Shown one piece after another: positions 53,051 to 64,000 of a stretch of 64,000 nt of DNA. The position numbers and the translations under genes were made by a program. The stretch covers positions 107,131,757 to 107,195,756 of the forward strand of contig JASCQW010000001.1 in assembly GCA_030264375.1 (NCBI GenBank), read 5' to 3'. The stretch comes from Carcharhinus longimanus (taxonomy: Eukaryota). The notes beneath the pieces are model-generated. The model was not told where the DNA came from and searched no databases. It was given only the letters and a program-made list of their open reading frames with translations. Position 1 is the stretch's first letter. Every line of letters starts with the position of its first letter.

Positions 53051-53644
53051 TATTCAAATAGCTAATAACTGGGAGCTTGAATCATAGGAGCAGGACTCAA
53101 CTATCAAAAATAACAGGTAGTTAGCTTGAAAACCAGACTGATGGACTCATACATTGACCCTTCACAGTGACTGAAAGACAGGACTATCACTGATTTTGGA
53201 CAGCATCATAAACTAAAAGTGGCACATAAGTCTCAACTAAAGCAAGAAATTCGATTACTGACTTGAATTCTGTCCAGTGTACTTCTCTTAATAATGTATG
53301 ATATCAATTTCACGAAGTATTTATTCCTTTACCAGGTAATATATTTGCAATGTCAGCAGCCGTCCAAGAAACTGTAAACCATGAGCATGCTTCACGCTGT
53401 TGATTCCCTTTCACATTGAAAACTTTAGTCTCTGTGACAAATATCATTATTATTAAAGAAATTTAGGGGGCGCAAGTTTTTTAAAAAATCTAATTACAGA
53501 CTTAACTTGATCCAATAGTTGAACCAATTTTCTCTTTCACATGGTGCTTGACTTGGTTTATATTTCTTCCAGATTTCTAGCATTTACAATTACTTCATTA
53601 GTCTTTAAAATTGAACTTTCTATTACCAAGGGTACTTATTTTGA

Positions 53645-56140
53645 GCATAAGAACACAAAAAGCATGAATGAGCCATACAGCCCCTTGAGCTTGCTTCACC
53701 ATTCAATATGAATATGGCTGATATTTGGCCTCAACTCCACTTTCACACCTGCTCCCCATATCCCTTGATTCCATGAGAGACCAAACATCTGTCTACCTCA
53801 ACCTCATATTCAACGATGGAGTATCTGGGCCACAGAATATCAAGGATTCACAATGCTCTGAATAAAGAAACCTCTCCTCATCTCACTTTTAAAAGATTGG
53901 CCCTTTATCCTGAGACTGTGCCCCATATCATTTATTCCCCTCCAGGAAAACAATCTCTCAATGTCTACCCAATCAAGCCCCTTCTGAATCTTGTAAGTCC
54001 AGAGGTTAAAGGCCCAATTTACACAGTCTCTCACCACACAGCAACCTTCTCAGTCTAAGAATAAATTGAGCAAACCTCCAAGACTAATATAACTTCCCTT
54101 AAATAAAAAAGACCAAAACACTGCACACAATATTCTGTGTTGCAGTCTCATTAAAGCCCTGGATGATCTTCCTCCTTCCTGTACTACAATCCTCTAGCAG
54201 TAACAGCCAACATGACATTTTCTTTCCTAATTGCTTCCTGTTTCCTTTATTTTAGCTTTTTGTGTTCCTTGCATGATTAAACCAATGTCTCTCTGAACAT
54301 TAACATTTAAAAGTTTCATAATTTGAAAAAAAATTCTGTTCTCATTACCAAAGTGAACGACCTCACACTTCCCCCATTATACCCATCTACCACCTTGTTG
54401 CCCACTCACCTAACCTGTCTATGGATGGGATTTTATGGCCTCACTCATCCCCAAACAGTAAAATTTCACCTGAGGTCAGAAGAACAAGGAGCAGGATTAG
54501 GCCATCCGGCCCTTTGAGCCTGTTCTGTCATTCAATAAGATGATAGCTGATCTTTTTGTGGACTCAGCTCCACTTACCCACCCACTCACCACAACCTCTA
54601 ATTCCTTTATTGTTCAAACATTTATTTATCCTTGTCTTAAAAATATTCAATGAGGTAGCCTCAACTGTTTCACTGGGCAGGGAATTACAAGATTCACAAC
54701 CCGTTGTGTGAAGAAGTTCCTCCTCAACTCAGTCTTAAATCTGCTTCTTATTTTGAGGCCATGCCCCCTATTTCTAGTTTCAGCTGCCAGTGGAAACAAC
54801 TTCCCTGCTTCTATCTTATCTATTCCCTTCATAATCTTACATGNNNNNNNNNNNNNNNNNNNNNNNNNNNNNNNNNNNNNNNNNNNNNNNNNNNNNNNNN
54901 NNNNNNNNNNNNNNNNNNNNNNNNNNNNNNNNNNNNNNNNNNNNNNNNNNNNNNNNNNNNNNNGCCAATATATCCTTTCTCAAGGAGACCAAAACTGTAC
55001 ACAGTACGCCAGATGTGGTCTCACCAGCATATTATGCTGCTGCAACATAACCTCGCTGTTTTTAAACTCCATCCCTCTAGCAGTGAAGGACAAAATTCCA
55101 TTTGCCTTCTTAATTATCTGCTGCACCTGCAAACCAATTCCTTGTGATTCTTGCACAAGGAAACCCAGGTCCTTCTGCACAGCTACATGCTGCAATTTTT
55201 TACCATTTAAATAATAGTCCATTTTTCTGTTATTCTTTCCAAAATGGATGACCTCATATTTACCAATATTGCCCTCCATCTGCCAGACCCTCACCTTATT
55301 TAGGCTATCCATATCCCTTTGCAGACTTTCAGCATTCTCTGCGCACTTTGCTCTGCCATTCATCTTAGTGTCATCTGCGAATTTTAACACATTACATTTG
55401 GTTCCCAAATCATCTATATAAATCGTAAATAACTGTAGTCCCACACTGATCCCTGAGGCACACCACTAGTCACTGATCGCCAACCAGAAGAACACCCATT
55501 TGCCCCCATTCTTTGGAATGGAAAGGTCAATAGGCCTTTCCATTGTCCACCCCTCGCCTGCTCCGATTCCAGTGGCAGGTGGGCGCAAAAATTCCAGCCT
55601 ATATCTCTGAAGTCTGATATCTTCATAGTTTGCATTCCCCTCTAGCTTGGTCTCCTGAATAAACTTTGGATACATTATTCTGATTTTTCTTCCCAGTTAT
55701 TAATATAAAACGTGAATAGCCAAGAGCCCAGCACTGATTCTTATACATTCCGCTATTTAAAGTCTGAAAACTAGAAAACACCCCTTTTATCCCTAATCTT
55801 TGCTTCATGTCCATTAACCAATCATCCTTCTATTCTAATACACCGTCCCCCAATTCTGTGGGCCTTTATTTTATATTAACCTCGTGTGTGGCACCTTCTC
55901 AAATACCTTTTGGGAATCCAAGTATTTCACATGCTTTAGCTCTGCTTTATCTACACTTCCAGTTACATCACCAAAGAACTCTAATAAATTTATCAAAAAA
56001 CTCTAATAAATTTGTCTAAACAGAATTGTAAAATAAGGCTGTCTTTATCTGATCATAGTATGATTTTCTCGGAGTTACTGAAGTTCCTCACTCTTATTAA
56101 CACCTTGGTTACCCTTTTTTTCTGGTATGATAACTGTGTC
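53645..56140 (-). mobile_element. Older CR1 LINE (53645-54422 plus 55601-56140), split by a MITE and a younger CR1
   Basis: Joining taacctgtctat to atctctgaag restores a continuous CR1 RT sequence; ORFs 53840..54037 and 55623..55814. Confidence 0.8.
54479..55523 (-). mobile_element. Younger 5'-truncated CR1 LINE nested in a MITE (MITE arms 54423-54478 and 55524-55600)
   Basis: ORF 54980..55444 (KFADDTK…LVRPHLAYCVQFWSP) and SGVPQGSV; AGGTCA at 54473-54478 and 55524-55529. Confidence 0.9.
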
Positions 56141-58024
56141 CCCTACTAGGCCCAAACTTTCACTCTGGAATCAGGTGCAGATAATTGGGAAATTTCCCCA
56201 CTCCTTTAAGCCAACTTGGGAAAAGATTACCCAAACAGCAAAATTTTCATTCCAGGAGGGAAAAGGAGGGGCAGGAAGGGCTAACTGAAGTCAGGTGGCT
56301 GTCCCTGTGGCTGCCACTGCACTGTTTCCAAAGGCTAATTTAGTTTATTTGATTTACCAAAAAGATTGGCAACCACAAAGGCTGTTGAGTGCCAAAGGGC
56401 CTGTACTGTGCTGTACTGTTCTATGTTCTATGGCGCCAACCCATGACACTATCAACCTATCTTTATGGCCTTTTATAGTTCCATGCCCCCACACCCTCCA
56501 TGCCAAACTACTCAGTATCCACTACAAATAGTTTGGCTGCAGGACCATGCTGATATGAAATAAAAATAACATTCTAAAGCATTTATTGCTTCATTATGAT
56601 TTTTTTTAAATTCTTGTTGATAAAAGTCCATTCAATATCTAAATTTGATAGATAATTAAGAACATTCAAATTACTTCACATATTCATTATATGTTCCTTT
56701 GTAAAAATAAATAAACATTTGTATTCCTAGCACATTTTTTTTCAACTGAGTGTCACAGCAGGCTATTGTTTTTCAAAATTTAAAAAACAAGAGATTTAAA
56801 TGACTTTATCACTTAACAGCTCCACAGAGCTTATCCACACTTTATACACATTCACGTCTACTCTTCACAATCCCAAAAGGGTAAATGATCTCTCAAAAGA
56901 ACTTTAGTAGATTCAGAGCATTTCTTCAAATTCATAAATTCCACAAGTCGTGTTTTAGAGACTTGGGTGATGACAATTGCTTCCGAATGAAGGCAGCTGC
57001 ACTTCTAAACATGCTCCTGCCTCCCTAAACAACAGATGTGTGAAATACATGCCCACATACACCATTCCCCATCCCAACCTCACAATAAATAGTGGATGAT
57101 GAATAAGAGGGTGTGACTTCTGGGTGCATGACTCCAATGCTTTTCTGACTAAGGCATGGTGGACCCCTTTTGTCTCTGCAAAAATTTAGGCCAAAATATT
57201 TGTTCAAAATCTCTGCTAATTCCTCATTCCTCACAATAATTTTGCCTGTCTTTGCCTCGAATAAGCCAATGTTTACAACTGATACTCTCCTCTTTATGTA
57301 CTTGCAATGAATCTTACAATCAGGTTTATAACCCTGACTAGTTTACTCTTGTATTATATATTTTTCCCTTCTCATCAATGTTTTGGTGGCCCTTTGCTGT
57401 TTTCTAATCCTCAGGGGTACTGCTATTCCTTGCCATAATACAAGCCTCTTCTGTTAACGTAATGCTATTCTTGTAAACCATAGATGGATTTTTCTCGCTG
57501 ATATTAAAATGTAGAGGTTTTATTAAAATTATTATTTTCAATCCAGTTAAGTCAGACAAGAACTGTACAAGGAAAAGGAAATGATCACTTCCTTTCAGTA
57601 AACTGAGAAATTACGCTTCAGTTTAATTTGCTCCTTTCTATATTCATACAAGGTTTTGTTGAAAAATGAAAGTAGTAAAGAGCTTAAACAGTTAACACAG
57701 AATTCCCAGCACATACTTAAACTGCCTGTCAGGGAGTTTTATTGAGAGTTAACAGTCAACAGTAAAACTATATTTCAGCATTCGGCAGCAGGTCATCTCC
57801 ACTGTGAAGAAATGTGGAAAGAGCAGATGGAATCAGGAAATATTTGCTTTCTTCCTGTAAAATCAATCGAAATTAACGCCTTAACTGATTAAGGCTATGC
57901 TTAGATTAAATTGTCATGTGATCCAAATCAATAGGTTCATGCTAAATACATAATTTCTTCTGGAAATTAATTGTGTTGTCTTGTGTGTTGGCTTTTTTTT
58001 CAAAACTCAATGCAATACTCTCCT

Positions 58025-58445
58025 TGAAAGGAGGGTTAAAGAGAGGTGGAGGGGTGGCACTGTTAGTAAAGGAGAACATCACAGTAGTGCAGAGGTAGGA
58101 CAATATGGAGGAGTTAGGGATTGAGTCGCTGTGGGTGGAGTTGAGGAATAAGAAGGGAGAGATTACGATGCCAGGGGTATACTGTAGGCCACCCAACAGC
58201 CCGAGGTCAGTGGAGGAAGGCATTTGCAGGGGCATTTTGGATAGGTGCAGAAAGAATAAGGNNNNNNNNNNNNNNNNNNNNNNNNNNNNNNNNNNNNNNN
58301 NNNNNNNNNNNNNNNNNNNNNNNNNNNNNNNNNNNNNNNNNNNNNNNNNNNNNNNNNNNNNGGTAGGTGTAGGAGGATGCGGCGGCGCGGGCTCGTTGGG
58401 CCGAAGGGCCTGTTTCCCATGCTGGGTTGTTCTTTGTTCTTTGTA
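58025..58445 (+). mobile_element. Young CR1 LINE: endonuclease segment and 3' tail joined across an N gap
   Basis: GGGVALLVKE…ESLWVELRNKKGEIT…GVYCRPP (APE endonuclease), then tail gggctcgttgggccgaagggcctgtttcc. Confidence 0.85.
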
Positions 58446-58551
58446 AAACAGTTCCACTTACAGATAATGAAAACTGCAAAGTGGAAATCTCAAACTTACA
58501 CTGCTAACAATTGCTTGTTTGATTAATTTTTTCTATATATTGTGCTTATCA

Positions 58552-58872
58552 TAGATAATAAGAATCTTACAGTGCAGACAGAAGGAGGCCATCGGCCCAT
58601 CGAGTTCACACCCATCACAATTCCACCCAGGCCCTATCCCCATAATCCCATGTATTTACCTTAGCTAGCCCCCTTGACGCTAAGGGACAATCTAGCATGG
58701 CCAATCCACCTAACCCGCACATCTTTGGACTGTGAGAGGAAATCGGAGTTCCTGGAGGAAACCCATGCAGGCACAGGAAGAACATGCAGACTCCACACAG
58801 ACAGTGACCCAAGCCAGGAATCGAACCCAGTTATCTGGTGCTGTGAGGCAGCAGTGCTAACCACTGTGCCAC
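58552..58872 (-). mobile_element. HE1-like V-SINE, near full length
   Basis: Reverse of the head, core and tail seen at 8782-9117 and 12232-12538. Confidence 0.88.
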
Positions 58873-59184
58873 TGTACCACCATTTCTGCAAGAATTTAGA
58901 AACATTTCTTTCTGAAAGCACAGAAGAACTGTTTACGCACTATTACTAAATCTCAGGATCTTCAGCCTGTTTTGAAATGAAGTTAAGAAAGTTCACCTGA
59001 GTAAATGTTGCTCTCAAGGCTTCGGTAAAATAAGGATGATTCTCATAACATTTTGCAGATTTGGGGTTTTGGAAGAAACACTTACTTTCAATTTTTTTTT
59101 GAGGGCAGTACAATCCTGAGAGACATTACATCTTGTAGATTCTTGAAGAATTATCTTTATTATATATTTTGTTTATTAGAGGCA

Positions 59185-59795
59185 ATTCAGAAAACTAATA
59201 AATAGTCAGCATGGATTTCAAAAGGGGAAAACTTGCGTGACCAACCTTATTTTTTGGAGGAAATGGGAGCAAGCAGACAATGGGAATGGTTTGGATGTAA
59301 TTTATGTGGATTTTCAAAAGGCCTTCAATAAGGTGCCCCATAATAGACTACATGGAGACGGGGAACAAGTGGCAGAATAGATCGTTAGTTAGCTTCAAGA
59401 GGGATAACAGAGAGCAGAAATAAAGGATAGTGGCAGGTAGTAAGAAGTGTGGTCCCACAAGTAACAGTGCTGAGGTCACTGCTGTTCACAATTTATATTA
59501 ACGATTTGGAGTTTGGAATGAAAAAACACAATTTCTAAATTTGTGGGTGACACCAAATAGGGGTGGATAGGCAATACAAAGGAGGATTGTTACAAATTAC
59601 AGGAGGACATTACTAATTTTGCAGAATGAGCAAATGAGGTTCAACATAAATAAAAGAGAGGTTGTACCATTTTGATAAGAAAAATAAGGTTTGTACTTAT
59701 TATTTGGACGATGAGAGTCTCAGTAGGGTAAAGGATCAAAGGGATCTCAAAATTCAAATATAACAATCAATTAAACGTGCACCACAATTTAGCAG
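59185..59795 (+). mobile_element. Decayed CR1 RT fragment
   Basis: agtcagcatggattt…atgtggattttcaaaaggccttcaataaggtgcc…tctaaatttgtgggtgacaccaaa. Confidence 0.8.
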
Positions 59796-60069
59796 GCAGC
59801 TCTCTAAAGGTGAGATGTCCCATCCTTGTGTTCCCTCTTCGTTGTACTTATCAGCTACCATAAGCTTTGGCATCAACAAATGGTAATCCACCAGATATAT
59901 TCTCTCCATGTTACTTACAAATAATGCAAACAGTGGGGATTCATAACAGAAATGTACGGAAGTCCATTTAGCATTCAGTCATCTTCCACCTCACAATAGT
60001 TCATGCTTTGGTGATCAACTCTGTATCAGACATGACCTGATGTGGCTTAAGACCCCACAGTAGCCTCTG

Positions 60070-60560
60070 CCGCATTTGAAGGCAGTGGGCTAAGATGAAT
60101 TCTGTGTTTTCTCCGGGCTCGATTCTTGGCCAACTAAGCTTTCCATTTCTCCTCACCTCTTCCAGTGTCTCTCAAAACAATCAGACTCCAGAAGTCATGG
60201 TCGTCAATGACTGTGTCTCAGTTGTCTGTGCCAATGTCCACAATCTTTACATCTCAATTCCAGGTGTACATGGTGTGGAGGGATGGACACCAAATGTCTT
60301 GACTTAACAAGCAGTTCACTGTACAGATGGCTTTTGGGTATACAGCAATCACTTGCTGAACATGGCTGAGCCAGCATAAATTTTGTTTGCTTAGTAATTG
60401 TTTAGTCCTGCGTCAGAGTCCGGTTGGGATTCTTTAGGGTTAGACTATTACTCAAAACTACTCAAGGCTATGGTTCATAAGACCATTGTTGTTTATTTAC
60501 AGCTCTATGCATATCTCAGTAATCTACACAAGGTTGCATCCCTTTCCTCCAGAGATCTGT
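60070..60560 (-). mobile_element. Decayed RTE-clade LINE 3' portion
   Basis: Minus strand reads KQNLCWLSHVQQ…CIPKSHLYSEL…SRH across a frameshift, like the RTE LRWLGHVxRM…PKxLLYxEL motif. Confidence 0.6.
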
Positions 60561-62489
60561 TCCTTCATCACATGACAATGATCATGGTTTCATTAGCATC
60601 AGGTGCTTCTGATGGTAACCCTTTACTATGCCTTAATAACACTGATGGAAGTTGAATGTTCCAAGATTGGAGTTGATGGCCATATCCTGCCGACGATATG
60701 TCTAAGACAGTGAAGGTGGGGTTTGGTGAAATGCAACTAGCTGAGGCACCATTACTTTAATTAGGCTTATCAGTGGCAAATCTATTAAACTAAATTATTC
60801 ACAGAAGTATAAAGAGAGATCATCCCATTCTAAAAATGATGTGAAACAAATCAAAATTCTTTGCAAGAGATATTTGATGTTGAGACCCTTCTTTAATATG
60901 AGCAAAACCTCTACATTCCAAAACAGGATTTAAGCAAAAAATTTGATAAAAATATCCTGATAAATCAAAAGAATCTGCATAAAAGGACTTGTCATGTATC
61001 GAAGTTATTACAGACTTCAAACGACATGCTTTGAAGTGAAGCCTAATCCCAGGCTGCAAGAGCATGAAGTATGTAGAGTACATGCAGCACTCATTGCATC
61101 AGGCCTCAACGCAAATTTATGGACCAACATAGTTTATAGGTTGACACCAAATAGCTCTTTTACGAAATACATTGCATCAATATCAGGCAGTTTCTTTTCT
61201 AAAGTCCAGGTTAATTTACAGAGATTTCCACACATTCCACAAATTGCAACATCATCAAACACTTCTGAACAAATTAAAGCAACATGCATCTTGATAACAC
61301 CATACATACTGGTATTATCTCCTGAAGATTATCCAAACATGCAACTCCACTATTGGAAGATAATCTCCAGATTGCAAACTTCTCAACCTCACTAAAGACA
61401 AACAAATATTCCTGCCTGAAGGTACTTACGCAAATAGTATGAAAAAAATTTCCATTCTTTGACAATATATAATTACAAGTTAGACCATACACTTTTTTTT
61501 AAGTCACTAGCTTCTGGATTTTGTAAGTTTCTTTGAGCCCAAGGAAAAAGTTAATTATATTTTGAATATTTTAGAAGTTACAGTTTAGAGATTTGAACAG
61601 AACAAATTAAGCAGATGTTAACAGCATTTTATTTGGTAAAGCAGACTGCAGTTAAGCCAATTTTTGTGATCTAACTAATGATAACACATTAGTATTTTCT
61701 GTTACCCTCTGCCTTTCCACTAAAATAAATACTTTCTACTCAGACATTACATGATAATATATTTGATTTAAACTTGGCTTGGCACCAGGCTGTTGCTTTG
61801 TAAGAACTACTTCTCAGCAGTGTGGGTTTTCTCAGGACAATATTGACTTGCATTACCTGCCTCATGTTTTACTCCTAGCTTCACCAACTCAAATAAAAAT
61901 CAAAGAAGATTTATAAGATTGCTGACTATGCACAAGGCCAGGATTTCTTCTGCTTTGATCTTTCAACAACAATGATTAATTTGGAAATTATTGAAGAAAC
62001 AATGTGCTTCTCTGCTTCTTGGCTGTTACAGTAACATATTGGCACATTCTAATTCATTCCTAGTCTGGCAGAAAACTTATGTTTTCTTCATAAATCAGTG
62101 GCCAGTGAATTAAAATGATTAAAAACATATTTTATGTTACATAAATTTTAACTGGTGGGATGTTTGGTTAATAATTCTCTGTAGATACTGCCCCTCATAG
62201 CCCCTAATTGAAACATCAAAAGGTGATGCAGCCACAACCTCATGAATCTACCGGTCTATCATTTCTGACAAAATCGGCTACGAAGAATCTATGTGCACAA
62301 GTTAATTAGAAAGATAACTGAAAGATAAAGCACTTGATGGCCTATTATAAACTTCATGTCATGACAAACTCCTTGAGATCATTCGGTTTATTTTTGTGAT
62401 AAGTGCTGTTGGGTTAATGGTCTGACACACTGAAGTGCCAACCTCCAGAATAGAGTGCTTTCCCAGCAATTTTCCATCATTACCAACTT

Positions 62490-62655
62490 GTGAGAAATTA
62501 CAGCAGCGCTCCAGAAGAACTATTCTAGGAATCAGCAATTTTAATGAAGGGGAAATATTGAGGAAACTAGGTCCGATTTTGTTAACAAGTAGGAGGTCAC
62601 AAGGTGACTCAGTTCTATTTTTTGAAATTAGGAAGGACATTGAGAAAATGAGCAC
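62490..62655 (+). mobile_element. Ancient CR1 ORF2 C-terminal fragment
   Basis: ORF 62435..62767 (EKLQQRSRRTILGISNFNEGEILRKLG…RRSQGD…KDIEK) resembles the CR1 LERVQRRATKMIPGL…RRLRGDLI segment. Confidence 0.55.
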
Positions 62656-64000
62656 TGTTACATATGATGGCTGTCAATTTATAGTGCATCTTGGATATGG
62701 TGTTGGGAACCTGGAAGCGATGATTAAAGAATGTTCCATTGTACGGAGATCCTTAAAAAAAAATTAAAGAAAGGCTATACTTACTCAACTTACATTTTTT
62801 CTAACTTTGACATTAAGGATCAAAACCTCAAGGCTAATACAGGTTAAACCTCCCTCTAACTGCCACAATATAAAAGGGCTAGAATTTTATAGGCATTTGG
62901 GAACAGGTTTGAAGGTGGAAAGGCTGATAAAATGATGAGTGATGGCAATGGGTGACCTGCCCAATGCCTTCTTGCTGCCATATCATTTTGCTCAGGTGAG
63001 AAAGACACCAACTCACCTGGAGCTCAATTGAGATACCCAAGTGACCAATTTAGAGCCTCTTCCTGCCACTCCTGGTTTGGGGGAGGGGGGGCAGGAGGAG
63101 GTGGTGTTGGTATCAGCAGTAGAGGTCCTCAATGGCCAACCCAGAGACCTTTCTTTGAGGTAGCACGTCCATCAATGCAGTCTCATCTTCCAAATGCAGC
63201 ACCTGCATTTGGGACTCTGCAATGGTGAAATTCAAATCTGGGTCCCCAGAGCATTACCCTGGGTCTCTGGATTAGGAGTCCAGTAACAATACCACTATGC
63301 CACTGCTCTCAGTAAATGAGAAACACCTGCTGACACAAAAGCAGAAGCTCAACCTTTAGGGAAACCAAGAGAAAAAAATTTAAATCATATTTCACAATGT
63401 CAACATGTTTGCCGCCAGCCTTGCCTGCAGGAGCAGGTTTTGATGTTTAATTTTGTACTGGAAGCTTCAGCCTCACTTATGAGGAACTGGGCAGAGATTA
63501 CACAAATATATTTCAAGTGAGGCTGCTGCTTACATAATCAAAGTTCATTCTGGAGAATACAGAAGCAAAGATTTATAGAAGTGCAAAATGTATTTTAATA
63601 TCAAACAGTCTTTCAGTAGTTTTGATGCACAACCTTTCAAGGTTTTACATACAAACTTTGGAAAGAACTCCTGGACATTTGAAACATTTCTCGCGAGCTG
63701 TATGCAGTAAGCCATTGTCGTTTTAGAAATGTGACTTGCTGAAAGACAGCCGTAAGGGTGATTTAAATTTCATCACTTATTATCAAAAATTTATTATCAT
63801 ACATTCTCAGTAAGGCATTAATTGCAGCTGCTGCTTTTGCTCATTTTAGTGCTTTTACTACTATGATGCTGGTATTTAGAAATCTCTAATGGTGGCAATT
63901 CCAGAGATCTAGGTCTGCTGTCATCATGCATTATAATCAATGAAATTTTCCTTCACGCATTCTCAAAGAGCAGAAAATTTGGTTGAAATCTTATCCTACT

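Noticed and set aside
55978-56014. Tandem aactctaataaattt duplication (similar small ones near 25569-25603 and 48215-48238)
   Set aside because: Ordinary slippage micro-duplications
46981-64000. FRAS1 exons 1-2 (signal peptide and ~32-nt exon) or promoter
   Set aside because: No matching exon or CpG island recognised by eye. They probably lie beyond the window, although a tiny exon could have been missed or fall in a gap.
1-64000. CRISPR arrays, operons, rRNA genes or prokaryotic defence systems
   Set aside because: The sequence is vertebrate exon/intron DNA; no regularly spaced repeat-spacer array or dense ORF cluster was seen

Overview
Eukaryotic (vertebrate) genomic DNA, most likely from a shark/elasmobranch (inferred from the HE1-type SINE, CR1, DeuSINE and Penelope repeat complement), in a draft assembly with many placeholder N gaps. 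One protein-coding gene crosses the window on the minus strand: FRAS1 (Fraser extracellular matrix complex subunit 1). I read 12 consecutive GT-AG exons (46980 down to 1581; 1429 nt) that splice into one open frame encoding most of the six N-terminal VWC domains and the first furin-like Cys-rich repeats. They correspond to human exons 3-14 as I recall them. Exons 1-2 and 15 onward were not found here. The rest is intron, densely filled with decayed CR1, L2, RTE and Penelope retroelements, several SINE families and GG...CC-ended MITEs. Almost all ORFs in the supplied track are repeat fragments or noise. I found no evidence of a new multi-gene system. The observations most worth checking are a locally templated 208-bp inverted duplication, a 76-nt pre-miRNA-sized hairpin beside a 39-nt micro-exon, a MITE family with a consistent AT target-site duplication, a three-level nested insertion, degenerate hammerhead-like cores in Penelope ends, and a Pro/Thr-discordant partial exon copy at an assembly gap.
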